The position numbers and the translations under genes are program-made. From assembly GCF_009914755.1 (NCBI RefSeq), contig NC_060925.1: a DNA stretch of 64,000 nt, one strand, 5' to 3'. Below the pieces are notes generated by a model. That model made no database searches. It was not told the origin of the DNA and saw only the letters and a list, made by a program, of their open reading frames with translations. This document shows positions 1 to 13,142 of this stretch, in pieces (within the stretch, counting starts at the first letter, position 1; the number at the start of each line of letters is the position of its first letter). The DNA is from the human T2T-CHM13v2.0 reference genome, Homo sapiens.

Positions 1-292
1 GGGAGGAAGAGAGGGAGGGAGGAGAGGGAGGGAGGAGGAGAGGGAGGAAGGAGAGGGAGAGAGAGGGAGAAAGAGAGGAGGAAGAAGGAGATGGAGGAGG
101 GAGAAAGGAAGGGAGGGAGAAAGGGAGGAGGGAGGGAGGGAAGGAAGGAGGGAGGGAGAGAGAAAGGAGAAAGAGGGAGGAAGGGAGGGAGGAATGGAGG
201 GAGGGAGGAGGGAGGGAGGAGGGAGAAGGGAAAGGGGAGGGAGGCAGGAGGGAGAAAGGAAGGGAGGGAGAAAGGGAGAGGGAGGAGGGAAG
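1..292 (+). repeat. GA-rich low-complexity (GGGA/GGAA)n polypurine tract, truncated by window edge
   Basis: Almost exclusively G and A for ~290 bp. Confidence 0.95.
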
Positions 293-303
293 CAAATGGG
301 CGT

Positions 304-510
304 TGGAGTCAGAAGAGCCTGGAGTAAACCTAGCCCTGCTGTCTACAAGTCGTACCACTTTGGGCAGGTTCCTTACCTCTGGCCTCCCTTTCCCCACATG
401 TAAAATGGGCTCGGTAGCAGCTCTTCCCTGGCAGGGCTGTTGGGGAACGAAGCGGGGCTGTGTGACATCAAGTGCTCAGCACAGCGCCTAGCACAGCGCT
501 CAACAGTTAC
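304..510 (+). mobile_element. MIR SINE
   Basis: tttggagtcaga-like start, ttgggcaggttccttacctct...cacatgtaaaatggg core, gtgctcagcacagcgcctagcac tail. Confidence 0.75.
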
Positions 511-1729
511 TCCCTTCCTGCTCGGTGTCCATTCAGGGCCCCCCTTTCCCCTCCAGGTGATGCGTGCTCAGCGGGTGAGGCCTGTGAACCCCTGGGGACC
601 TAGAGAGGCCAGACAGTGTTCACAGGACCCCGGAATACTGAGCGAGAGGCTACAGTGTCCTGGAGAGCCAAGGGCCAGGGCCAGAATCACTCGTGCTGGG
701 GAGAGCTCCCTGTGCACGCTGAAGACAAGGGAGCGTGCAGTTGGCCCTGGGCTCACATGCTAGTCCCCAAGTGGCAAGTCTTCCAAATGCAGCAAAGTCC
801 CCTATGTGGCCAGAAAGTCCCCAACAGCACAGCACTAAGGAGCTCAGAACCTGAACCCGAGGACCGTTCGCCCCTCGAGGTGGATGAATGACTCCCATGG
901 GCAGAAGACCAAGTGGGAGCCTCTGGGAGTCTGTCCGTGGAGTCCTGGGCTGATCCGCAGGGCCGTCGATTCTGTCTGATGCCTGCAGAGAGGGGCCTGG
1001 GCAAGATCCATGTTCTTGAGCAATGGACATTGTCCTCTCTGGCTCCAGCAGTGCCCTCGCCCAGCCCCAGCAAGACTCACAACTGCAGTGTGGACAGAGA
1101 TAATAGCTGCGGTTCACGGAGGGCTGCAGCCACCTCACTTCATCCTCCATGAAGCCCACGTGAGCCGGCAGCACTGGGGTTCATATTGGCCCTTTCTTAC
1201 AGATGAGAACATGATCGCCACTGGGAATTCAAACAACTGCCCAGCCCTGCACCTTCAGGAGCAACTGCCCCATGGTGCAAACTCAGACCCTCCTCAGCCC
1301 AGCGTCTCTGGCCTTTGCCTGGGAGAAGGGCCTCGGGTACTCCCAGTCCTGCAGGCTGGGGCTGTCCTCCAGCAAAACCAATTACTGGGAGACGTCTCTG
1401 GACCTGGGATGGGCACTGCCAGGAGGGAAGGCGGGGGCCGCCAGCAGGAACACGGAGCTGCCAATGCACCAGGATTGGGACAGGGTGCCAGGGGCCAGTC
1501 CCTCCCTCCCATGGTGTCCTGGGCCCCTGCCACAGCAACCAATGTCCATCAAGCCGAGCACAAACACCACGTGGGTGGGGACGTCACAGGCCCAAAAGCT
1601 CCCGAATCCACGGGAGGAAGGAGTGGACCCCACACAGCCCATCAATGTGCCGGCCCCTCAGGGCACAGCCTCATGGCTCAGTCACTCAGCCCAAGGTACG
1701 GCAGCTGGGCACCTAACAACACTCCATGG

Positions 1730-1830
1730 GCATTTATTGAGCACCTGTGGTATGCCAGGTGCATGCGTCAGAGGGAGCCATGAATAGCACAGACTAGATC
1801 CCTGCCTTCCAGGGGCTCCTGGCCCTGGAG
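1730..1830 (-). mobile_element. L2 3' end fragment
   Basis: catttattgagcacctgtggtatgccagg...atccctgccttccagggg resembles the antisense L2 3' end. Confidence 0.65.
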
Positions 1831-1934
1831 GAGATGCACAGTGAAGAGAAGAGGAAGAGATGAGGAGAGCAACGACCCACAGAAAGGGTAGGGCAACAAC
1901 CCCAGAGAGAGGGCAGTGCCGCTCTCAGTACGTG

Positions 1935-2585
1935 GAGAGACAAAGAGATGGGAGACAGAGAGACAGACAGACAGAGAGAGATGGAGAGACACAAAGAGAC
2001 AGAGACAGACAGAGAAACAAGGAGACACAGAGAGACAGACACAGAAACAGAAAGAGATGGGGAGACACAGAGAGACAGAGACAGAGAGACAAAGAGGCAG
2101 ACAGAGAGACAGACAGAGACAGAAACAGAGAGAGACACAGGGAGATACAGAGAGACAGAGAGAGATACACAGAGAGACAGAGAGATACAGAGAGACACAG
2201 AGAAACACAGAGATGAGAGACTCTATCTCTCCCTCTGTGTGTATGTCTCTGGAGAGATAGATACAGAGAAAAACAGACACAGAGAAACAGAGACAGAGAG
2301 ATATGAGACAAACACAGAGGGAGAGACAGAGAGATGCAGAGACAGACAGAGGAAGAGACAGAGACAGACAGAGATGGAGAGACACAGAGACAGAGACACA
2401 GAGAAAGAGAGAGAGATGGAAAAAGAGATAGAGACAAACAGACATAGAGACTGTAAGGTAGAGACAGAGACATAGACAGAGAGAAACAGATAGAGAGATA
2501 CAGATACAGAAACAGAGGGAGACACAGCTAGAGATAGAAACAACGAGAAAGAGAGAAAGAGACATAGATAGAGACAGAGACACAC
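1935..2585 (+). repeat. Degenerate (GA)n/(GAGACA)n simple repeat
   Basis: ~650 bp of gagagacagagac-type units; source of the CLSV/RETQ ORFs. Confidence 0.95.
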
Positions 2586-2910
2586 AGGAGAGGGCCCAGT
2601 TTGGGATGGGCAGTAGGGGTCAGATGGGGCCAGCACTGGCGGCATCTCTGCACCCACCCGCAGCCTGCGGCTGACCGCTGCTCAGTCCTGGCCTCTGGAG
2701 ACAGCCCTTCACTGTCTGGGGTGTGGCTACCCCCAGGTCCAGGTTAAAATTTTCCTCCAGCAGTGCATCCCAGCTATCGTGGCCTCTGCATTCCAGGATC
2801 TCCCTCCAGTCCCCGCTCTGTGCCTAGAGGGCCCCAGCTCTTGTTCACCAGCTGGCCCCAGAGAGGCTCATGTGTTGAGACCTGGGCCTGGCCTGCCTGG
2901 AACTCCATCT

Positions 2911-2911
<1 letters not shown>

Positions 2912-2949
<38 letters not shown>

Positions 2950-2966
2950 GCCTGTCTGTCTCTCTG
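2912..2966 (+). repeat. (TCTG)n tetranucleotide microsatellite
   Basis: tgtctgtctgtctgtctgtctgtctctctgcctgtctgtc. Confidence 0.9.
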
Positions 2967-3511
2967 CATTGCAGACTTCCTTGCCTCCCCCTCCCCAGAG
3001 TCTCCCCTCGTCCCCATGGAGCCCTGTCCTGTGGCTAAGGCGGCACTTCCTTCCTTCCTGTGGAGGGAGGGGGCTGTGGCGGAATCCCATGCCCCCACCT
3101 GCCCCTGGAGACTGGGACTCTTCTCCTTTATGTCTTGAAGCAAACAAGAGAGACCCCCACCCCACCAGGGCCCAACAGTGGTTGTGGCAGTCCCTGCCCC
3201 TGGTTTCTGACGTGACCCTCGTGGCTCTGCCCCCACTCTGGGCTCTGTCTCCCAATGCTGGGCCTGTGACAGCTGAGGCCCCCTCAGAAAAAGGGCAGCC
3301 CAGACTGAGATCCCAAACCCCTCGCTAAAGGAGTCTTGCTCCCGGCGGAGCCCAGGGTGCCATGGGGTGCAATTAGCTGGGACAGCATGGGCCGCAGGGA
3401 CACTGAGGATAACGCTGAACACAACAGCCCCAGGGACCCAGTGTCTGGAGCCTGGGGAGGGTCAGGCACATGCTGGGAATTGCCTGCATCTTCCCCTGTA
3501 ACCTCAGAAAG

Positions 3512-3636
3512 CCCTTCTTTCACAGATTGAGGGAGGGAGGGGCTCAGAGGTTAAGTCACTTTTCCAGAGTTACACAGCAAGTAGGCGGCAGAGCTGGGGT
3601 TTGAACCCAGGCCCTCTGGCTTTGCAACCTGAGCTC
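3512..3636 (-). mobile_element. MIR SINE fragment
   Basis: ggctcagaggttaagtcacttttccagagttacacagc...cagagctggggtttgaacccagg. Confidence 0.75.
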
Positions 3637-3854
3637 ACGGCAGTGTTCCGACACCTGCTTCTGCACTCTGCGTTCTGCCTCCCAGCCCTCTTCCCTCTGA
3701 GAAGGACCCCTCCTCTGTCTGTAGGAAAGCAACAGCAGTCCATGAGAAAGCGCGGCTGGCAGAACGCCCCGCACAAGCACCACTGGGAAACAGTTCAGCC
3801 CGGAAATGCTTGCCGTCATTTTCCTGCTGGGGACAAGCGCTCCTTCTAGAAAGA

Positions 3855-4168
3855 TGTTATGGGTGAATTGTGTCCCCCAAAAGATGTTGAAGTCCTCACC
3901 CCCAGCACCCAAATGTGACCTTATTTGGAAATAGAGTCTTTGTAGATGAACAAGTTAAGATGAGTTCATTAGCACAGGCCTTAATCCAGTAAGACTGTGT
4001 CCTTATAAAAGGGGGAATTTGGACAGAGACATGCACAGGGAGAGGCCTCGGACAGTCTTCACCACACCTTCATCTTGGATTTCTCCAGAATGATGAGAAA
4101 ATCAATTTCTGCTGTTCAAGTCTCCCAGACTGGGGCACTCGGTGATAGCAGTCCTAGCAAACCAATAG
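3855..4168 (+). mobile_element. MLT1 (B/C-like) MaLR solo LTR, internally deleted
   Basis: tgttatgggtgaattgtgtcccccaaaagatgttgaagtcct...gtgaccttatttggaaatag...gcagtcctagcaaaccaata. Confidence 0.85.
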
Positions 4169-6590
4169 CCGACCAGACCAGAGTTTCTAGAACCAACAGA
4201 GTCCAGTAGAATAACCAGCAGCCAACCCAGATGTTCTCTGAAAACCCTGCCAGCTCCTGGCAATGCAAACCCAGTCCAGAGATGCCAACTCTGACCCCTG
4301 ACCTCAACTAAAAGAGTCGCTGTCCCCAGCCTGCATCCTGCGGGGGAGGAGCCCAGAAAGCATGAAAGGGCTGAAGGGGAGAATCCTGAAAATCAGCTCG
4401 GCCCTGGACCCGTAACCCTGAGACCTTCAGGCAGGAATGTCATCTCATCTCCTGCCCCCGGGGGACCGTCCCAGGGCAGCAGGGGCTGAGGGCAGGGACA
4501 GTGGGAGGCAGACATCCCCACAGACATCCACCTCAACCCAAGCTGGGAAACAATTTTTCCAAAACAGAGTGAGGTTGAGATGTTTCAAGCACAGGCACTT
4601 ACCGGGTCACAGAGCTGTTTATCTGGAATTATTCTAAATAAAGGCTCACGTCGGCCACGCGGATTCCGTTTGTGCCACTCCTAGAGTGAGAACAAATTTC
4701 CGTTATTAAGAGAGAAAGCTCTCAGAGCTGAAGGAGCATGAATATTTGCAAATTCCATGCAGATTCCACCTCTTTCTCCCCACAAGCCAGCTACTTAAAG
4801 AGCCACTTGGGTAGAAGGAACATTCCAATTAGAAATGCTTATTCACTTATCTCCATTCTAGGGACAAGAGCTCCCTCCTTTGTCAATGGCAGGCCACGTG
4901 CACAGAAGTGCCTGCTGTCACCTTGCAGGCCTGACCTGCGGGAGCACCCTGAGCCCAGACTCACCACTGGCCCTGGTAGGAGGCCATGAATGGGGTGGGG
5001 GCCCTTGGATCCCCCTAGGCCCTCCAAGCACCCTCCCTGAGACAGTGTAGGTGGGACTGGGTACAGAGACAAGAAGGCACAACCCCTGCTCACAGCATGA
5101 CAGGAGACCACATGGCTCAGGAGTGCCAAAGTACTGGAGACAGAGCAAACGTCCCCGGGACCCCAGAAACCAGGGTCAACACACCCGGGGGGCCCACGAA
5201 CACAGGCAGAGATACCCAAAGCTGTGGGCTGAATTAAAGGGACCCGCTGAGCCCAAGAGGTTAAGTAAGGGAGGAAAATCCTGCACAGCAAAGCTCGCCC
5301 ACCGGACAGTTAACTCAGAGGCGGTTGCTGATGGATCCCTGAGTCCCTCACCCAGCATCAAACATTAGCTAAATCCTGAGCCATTCGTGTCTTGGAGCCT
5401 CTGGGTCTGAATAGGGCCCCTGCAAAATGACATCCGCCTTCTAACTTGAAAGCAGTCACTGGCTGATTACAAATTGCTGTGTCCTTAGTGCCTGGAGTTG
5501 ACATTTCCCATCTGCTGCCAGGACACCCTAGGCTTGGGGCCCTGAAAGATAGGCAGACAGGATGAAGAGATGCCAGGGAGGGTTTGATTAGAACTAAACA
5601 TCGGACACATGGAAAAGAAAAACTAACACTTCCTGAAAAGTTTCCATTTAGATTAAATATGCTGTGGGACCACACCACACCCTAGAGCTAGGAATGATCA
5701 CTAGCCCTATTTTATAGTCAAGAAAACCAAAGGGAAAGGAATTGTGTCATTTCTCCCAAGTGTGTAGCGGTCTGGCCAGGAGACAAACCCAGCACCCCCG
5801 GCTCAGAGGCTGCCCACATTCTCCTGAGTCCTGAGCCTGCTCTGATCACACCCCCAGGTCCCCCGCTGGAGCCCCTGCCCCGCAACCCCAGCTATGGCTG
5901 GGAAGTGGTTTGGTGTAGCCAGAGAACCAAGGGCACTTAGAACTCTTGTAGACAGAGACAGCCTCTGGCTCAATCCCCATTTCACAGAGGAGGAAACTGA
6001 GGCCGGCGAGGAGAAAGCATCGCTCAAATCCGCAAATGTGGACTCCTGGAAGATTCTCCACCCTTGCGTGTCTACGCAGGACCAAGCAGATAATCCAAAA
6101 GGAAATCCCGCTGCTGCCCCAAATTTTAGGGGATGGGTGAGCCAATAGAACTGGCAAGCCCAGATTGCCTGGGGTCCTGGGATCTGGAGGAAATGCTGGT
6201 GGGTCACAGGCCCTTAGGCACAACCCCGGTAAGGGGACTGAGCCCTGTCCCAGAGCTCAACCACAGCCCCGAGCACCCTTGCCGCTGGAGGGTGAGCCAG
6301 GACCCCGGCAGCCTGATTTCTTGGTTTCTTGAACAGGCCACTGGAACTGGGGCTGGGTGGCCATGCAGTGACCGTCTACCTGTGACCACACAGCCCACTC
6401 CTCAAAGAAAGATCTGGGGCTACTGGAGAGTTGATTTACGGAACATAACCGTCCTCCCAGCAGGGATTCTGTTCACTGAGTTTCAGACTCGAAAAGAATC
6501 TTCCTGTGCTCACGGAGGAAATCTCTCTTCTCTCGGACACTGAATCCCCATGTGGAAACCGCCCCCGAAAGACCATGGGGCCAGGCCTAA

Positions 6591-7124
<534 letters not shown>

Positions 7125-7329
7125 TGACCTTTAAAAACGTCAGGCTGATTTTACATTTCGTTCCTTATATGTGTACACTTTTTAACGTAAAAACAATTCC
7201 ATGCCCCTAAATCCTGGAGAAACATGAAAGCTGCACGAAGATGCCTCTTATTCAGCCTGATGTCACCATAGAGCAAAACTCACCCTTCCAGCCCCGGCAC
7301 GTGGCCCTGGCCAGTGTGTACAGAGGCGG

Positions 7330-7555
7330 TGGGCGTACAGGTGCCAGAGTCCGTCTGCCGGAGCTCAAACCTTGGCTCTGCTGCCTTCTTGCCTGAGTGA
7401 CTGTTAGAAATTAAGTTGACTCTCTGTGCCTCAGTTTGCTCATCTATAAAATGGGAACAATAGCAGTGCCTACTTCACTGAAAGCTGGGATCGTTGCCTT
7501 GTTTAAAGCAGGAAAGGTGCTCAGAATAGTGCTGGGCCTGCTAAGAACTCAACGG
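7330..7555 (+). mobile_element. MIR SINE
   Basis: ctctctgtgcctcagtttgctcatctataaaatgggaacaatagcagtgcctac core. Confidence 0.85.
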
Positions 7556-8388
7556 TCAGTATAGGAAGGGTCAGCTTGGGACACCCAGGGAAGTGGGGAT
7601 GGCTGGGAAGGGGGCCTCAGGTGGCTTCTCCACACAGCTCACAAAGCCATCAGGGTCCTAGCAGGCCACCATGAGGATGCCCCTTGGCCCGGCTGACCCA
7701 CCACATGGAGCTGGAGCAGATGGGGTGGCAGGCAGGGGAGAGGCTATGATTCCCACACTGGCTCCTTCACTGTCCTGGCTCCCAGAGGGAGCTTTCTGTC
7801 CCTGCCGCTTCCCGGCAGCACTTCTGAAGCTGGGATTTCACACCAAAACAGGAGCTTTTAATGACAATGGCTGCAAACATCTTCCCGTTCATGGCAAGAC
7901 AGCCCACACTCATCAGAGATGTGCATCTGAGCAAGCTGTCCCTGCCGAAGGCTCTCCACCGCCGGGGCTTAAGATTTCCCAGCATTCTGGAGACGGAGAC
8001 TCAGCCTCCCATCAAGGGTGTAGCCTGCTCTGCACTTGGAGAAAGTGGGAGACGGGCTTCCGCCCTTTACACGTTCAGGAACCCCTGGGCACAGGTGGCA
8101 GCTGGGAGAAGGCAGGGGCAACAGGGTCGGGCCCCAGAAATCAGATCCATTAGGGAAACCAGGTGGGTCCTGCCCTGACAGCAGGAGCTCCAGGGCCCCC
8201 TCCTCAAAGTGTCAGATCCCCCCCCCCAGAACCCCATCCCAGCTGGCAGGAGAGGAACCTGCATCTCAGGTGGGTAAGGGAGACCCACAGCTCCGACAGA
8301 TTCCAGACACAGCTGCCGGAGGGGCACCGGAAGCTGCCAGCCCCCCGACCCTCAGCCCTTCTTCCACGAGAGGAGCTGAGAGCACCCC

Positions 8389-9220
8389 TGGATTGGCTTC
8401 CCATCGCTGCCATACAAATTATCAAAAACCTGGTAAAAACGACACACATGTTATTATCCCACAGTCCTGTGGTTCAGAAGGCCGCAGCAGTCTCACTGGG
8501 CTAAAATCAGGAGGTGAGCAGAGCCACGCTTCTTCCAGAGGCTCCAGGGGAGAAGCCATCCCGGGGCCCATTCCAGCTTCTGGGGCCGCCTGCATCCCTT
8601 AGCTTAGGGGCCCTTCCTCCGCCTGCAGAACCCACAGCACAGCACCCAGATGGCTCCATGCCTTCCTCTGATTCTCTGCCTCCTTCTCCCACTCTTCAGG
8701 CCTCTGGTGATCACACTGGGGACACCCAGAGAGTCCGTGCTCACATCCCTGTGTTAAGGCCGGCTGATCAGCAACCTGAATTCCTTCTGCGCCCTTAATC
8801 CCCCCACTCATGCCTTCGTCCGCTTGTGCCTCTCTAACAGAATGCCGCAGACCAGGTAATGTGTAAAGCACAGACATGTATTCCTCACAGCCCTAGAGGC
8901 TGGAAGTCCAAGTTCAAGGCATTTGGTGTCTGGTGAGGGTTGCATCCTGGGGAGGGAAGGAACGTGGTGCTTTCACATGGCAGGAGGCAGAAGGACACAA
9001 GGGTCACGCCCTTTATCCGGGCGCCTGACCCCACTCACAAGGGAGGAGCCCCCACAGCCTGATCACCTGCTAAGGCCCCACCTACTCATACATCACATTG
9101 GCAGCACCTGAATTTGAGAAGGGACACATTCAAACCACAGCACATGTAACCTGACACAGTCACAGGTCCTGGGGGTTAAGACATGGGTATCTTTGGAGAC
9201 CGTCATCTTGCCTGCCGACA
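8389..9220 (-). mobile_element. MLT1 (D/E-like) MaLR LTR split by a second MaLR LTR
   Basis: Antisense MLT1 motifs 8389-8810 (cacagtcctgtggttcagaag, ggctccaggggagaa) resume at 9143 (catgtaacc...gacatgggtatctttgg). Confidence 0.75.
8811..9142 (-). mobile_element. MST (C/D-like) or MLT1A-type MaLR solo LTR nested in MLT1
   Basis: ctcacagccctagaggctggaagtccaagttcaaggc...aaggccccacct...gggacacattcaaaccacagca. Confidence 0.8.
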
Positions 9221-9242
9221 TGCCTGTGGCACAGATCATGAC

Positions 9243-9425
9243 AACAGTAAACATTCATTTAGCGCCTGCTTCTTGCCGGGAACTATTCCACGTGCTTTAG
9301 ATGTGTCTTGCGTCGCTCGATCTCTCACCAGCCCTGTGTGGTAGACGATATTATTATCCCCTTCATGTATATACGAGGGAGCTGAAGCTCTGAAAGGCTA
9401 AGGGATCTGTCCAAGGTCTCTGGCA
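9243..9425 (-). mobile_element. MIR SINE
   Basis: accagccctgtgtggtagacgatattattatcccc...gctgaagctctgaaaggctaag...tccaaggtc. Confidence 0.7.
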
Positions 9426-9864
9426 CTCACACACATGGCCCAGGAGCCCCGTGTCATAACTGCTCCTAAACCCAGGCCCTGAGAAACAAGGGATGCACCT
9501 GAGCGCCCAGAGGCTGCAGAGCCGGAGCCGGGACCCCAAGACCACATGAGCCCCGGGTGGAAACCAGCCCGAGTTCATGCTGTAGGGCCTTGGGGAGAGT
9601 AAATGGGTTCCGTGACGAGTGCTACCGTGAAGGGCCAGCAAAACCCACGCACCCCAAAAAGACAGACACTCCGATGCCATGGCAGTGCGAAGGTGGGAGC
9701 AAGAAGCCTTCAGGGAAGCTGCTTATTATCTCCGCCGAGCGTCCCCCACCATCTCTGGGCACCCACAGAAGTGAGAACATAGCACGCCCGGGCGGCCGCT
9801 CAGAAGGCGGCTCATCTGAACGCTTGTCACAGCTCCAGGCCAACTGTTAAAATAACTTTTTGGT

Positions 9865-10060
9865 TGTTATTACAAAGTAATAGATGTTTATTGTAGAAAT
9901 GTTAGAAAATGCAGACAAGCCAAAAGAAGGGAATAAAAATTACCCAAAATCCCATAACTGCAAATGCACCACTTGACATGTTTTTGTATATCCTTCCAGT
10001 AATTTTCCTAAGCATTCATTGCTATGTTTTTCTAAAATGAGCTCTCTAAAAATGGGCTCA
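9865..10060 (-). mobile_element. Ancient L1M (L1ME-like) 3'UTR fragment
   Basis: aaagtaatagatgtttattgtagaaatgttagaaaatgcagac...ttgtatatccttccag. Confidence 0.6.
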
Positions 10061-10252
10061 TACTTTTCTTCCTGTTTGGCAAAATGCCTTTTCTCCTGAA
10101 TATATCTTGAATATGTGGGGAAGAAAGCGCTCTCCTCCTCATCCCTCCTCCACCTCAGTTCCTCCACAAGAAAGGGAAGCTGACGGGAGCCAGAATCCAG
10201 ATCCCAATAGGGCCACATTTCCTAATGGGCAAGGTAGCTGTGTGTTAGAGGA

Positions 10253-10253
<1 letters not shown>

Positions 10254-10284
<31 letters not shown>

Positions 10285-10416
10285 ATAAACACACATGCAC
10301 ACATATACACACATGCATGTACATGCACACATATAGATACATAGACACACACATGTGCACAGTCACACACACACAGAAGCACTCATGCACACACACACAC
10401 ATACACACACACAGCA
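10254..10416 (+). repeat. (CA)n microsatellite with degenerate CATA/CATG extension
   Basis: Visible directly in the sequence. Confidence 0.95.
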
Positions 10417-12758
10417 CAGTGTGGCTCTGTCCTCTCCTGCCCAGGGCTGCCCCTCGGACCGGTCTTGTTCTGCCTGCCCTCGCCCTCACACGGGATGTGT
10501 CTCTCACACCTGGTGCTCTCATCCGTGGCCTCTGCAGTCTGGCTGTGGGTGGACCTGACCCTGAGAGCAGGAACGAGCCCTGCTGCAGCCTGGAGTCCCA
10601 GCCCTGCCTTCTGGTTGCTCTTCAGAGCACCTGCCGTGGCTGGCTCAGCCCAGACCCAGCCAAGAAGACTCCGTGCACACTGCCTGGGTCTTCCTGGTCA
10701 CTGGCACGCACCCTCCTGGGGCCCTGAGTGCCCGGCCCAAGCCACCTGAGAAACCTCAACCACCGTGTCTCACAGGGTTCCCCTCACACAATGTCCCTGT
10801 GGGAAACTGCACGGCACCCTGTGACGATGCAGCCACCCTCACTCATAGACAAGGGACAGCTCCCAGCTGTCCCCATTTAGTACAAACAATACTGTGAGCA
10901 ACACCTGCATATCCATGGTTGTTTCCAGAAGACAAAGCCCATTCCAGCAGAAGAAGGGCCAGGCTGAGGCCTCAGAGCCAGTGTAGACTAGCAGGGCCAG
11001 GGCAGCCAGAGCCCGGGATGAGGAGAGTTGAGGAGACTGGTGCAGAGAGGCCGGGCGATGCAGTCCCCATGGCCTGGGGAAGACTAGCACACTTCTGGAA
11101 TCTTCTTCACGTGCAGGAAGAGCCTCTGAAAGTTTCTAAAATGATGAGTATGGCCATGTGGGGAGAGATTTTAGGAGGACTTCCCGGCCTCACTCATCCC
11201 TCCAGTTACTCCCAGTCTCCTCCTGAGACAGGCAGCTGTGCAATGCCAGCCTTGCTGGGTCAGAACCACAAACTACCCTTCCATTCTTCCCTGGGAGTTC
11301 CTGCCTCAGAGAAGCGTGCAGGCTCCCCGTGGGCAGGGCCAGATCTCCTGTGTCCACCCATGCCCAGCACAGGGCAGGGTGCAACCCTCGTAGCACCGAG
11401 CAGGTCAGGGGGTCCTTGGCTACATCTGTGTACCCAGGCCCAAGCCTTCCCCCTTCCTCCCGCCAGCCGCTCTTGGGGGGGCTTCCCAGGCTCTAAAAGG
11501 AGGAGGAGACACAGAACAGCCGGAAGCCCAACAGAGGAAATGCTGTGAGAAGAAGGGGGATGAGGCGCCAGTGCTGGAGTCTGGCAGCTGAGCGGCATCA
11601 TCACCAAGAACACGGGGACAGGAAGGGGCGCCACAGCCGGGCCTCACCCCAGAACCTGAAGGGATGGTGCAGGGATGGCCCTCCCCTAGAGGACACAGAG
11701 CATGACACAACCTGCTGAGGGGCAGAAGGCAAAACGGGGAGACCAGATGGGTCCCCAGCAGGACCACTGTGCTGAGGGTCTGACTCCACTTGGTGATGTT
11801 TGCGGACAGCTTTGATTGCTCCCCGCACCTGGGCAAGCTGTAGCAGAAACCTGGCACTGGTGGGAGACTCGAACCACAGCAGCCCCTGCCCACGTGGGAA
11901 CTCTCACCCCTCGTGGGGTCTGTGTCAGGCAGAGGGCGAGGGCATCACCAACCCTGACATCAGAATCACATCAGGTGAGGATCCCTCGTGCTTCTGCAGG
12001 TGACCATAGCAACCACCCACTGACCTAGGCAAGCTGGACTCTGCCCTGCATGCCCACCTGGCAGGGAGCCCATGCTTTGGAGTCTCCTTCCTCGAAATTG
12101 TCAAAGTCCCCTATCAGTGCCCAGGACTAGGCAGGGTACCCCGAGAACAGACCAGGGTCCCAGTCCCCATTTCTCTCCTTTTGGGCATTCTCTCCCTTGA
12201 TCTTCCACCTGGAGCTCAGGACCAACTTGATGCTCCAAGAAGCCCTGAGACTTGCTGCAGTGGGGTCATCCGGGGACCCCATGGCTGGGCCCTGCCCTGC
12301 TGACTCTTCCCTCTGGCCAGCATGGGACATTGGTCATGGGAGATGCCTCCCAAGAGCTTTTTGAAGAGTCAACACATCCTTATTTAGCACTTACTATCTA
12401 TAAGCACTAATGCTGCACACGAAGTTATTATGTAATTACGTAAATTGCCTTCGAAACGTAACTTTCATTAAACTTTTTATTTTAAGATAATTATAGATTC
12501 AAGTGCAGTTGTAAGAAATAATATAGAGAGATCCATGGACCCTTTACTCAGTTTCCCCCAGTGGTAGCATCTTGCAGAACTGTAGTGCGATATAACAAAC
12601 AGGATATTGACATGGGTACAGCCAGGATACAGAACATTCTGCCTCCACAGAGTCCCTCCCGCAACCCTTTCATAGCCACACCCACTTCTCGCCCCTGCCC
12701 ACCCCTCTTTAACACCTGGCAGTCACTGATTTGTTCTCCATTTCTAGAATTTTGTTAC

Positions 12759-13142
12759 TGATACGGTTTGGCTCTGTGTCCCCACCCAAATCTCATCTCA
12801 AATTGTAATCCTGATAATCCCCACGTGTCGAGGGAGGGACCTGGTAGGAGGTAATTGGATCATGGAGGTGGTTTCCCCCATGCTGCTCTAGTGATACTGA
12901 GTGAGTGCTCATGAGATCTGATGGTTTTGTAAGTGTTTGACAGTTCCTCCTTCACATGCTCTCTTCTCTCTCCTGCCGACTTGTGAAGAAGGTGCTTGCT
13001 TCCCGTTCACTTTCCATCATGATTGTAAGTTTCCTGAGGCTTCCCCAGCCAGATGGAACTGCAAGTCAATTAAACCTCTTTCCTTTACAAATTACCCAGT
13101 CTCCAGTATTTCTTTACAACAGTGTGAAAACAGACTAATACA
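12759..13142 (+). mobile_element. THE1 (D-like) MaLR solo LTR
   Basis: tgatacggtttggctctgtgtccccacccaaatctcatc...cagactaataca; 5-bp TSD gttac/attac. Confidence 0.93.

Noticed and set aside
1010-1783. 257-aa plus-strand ORF and similar 150-210 aa ORFs (18391, 23532, 10919, 45177)
   Set aside because: No recognisable domain; Pro/Ser/Gly/Ala-rich composition typical of chance frames in GC-rich DNA; many have non-ATG starts and overlapping ORFs in several frames
1768-2657. Long CLSV- and RETQ-rich ORFs (up to 271 aa)
   Set aside because: Translations of the (GA/GACA)n simple repeat
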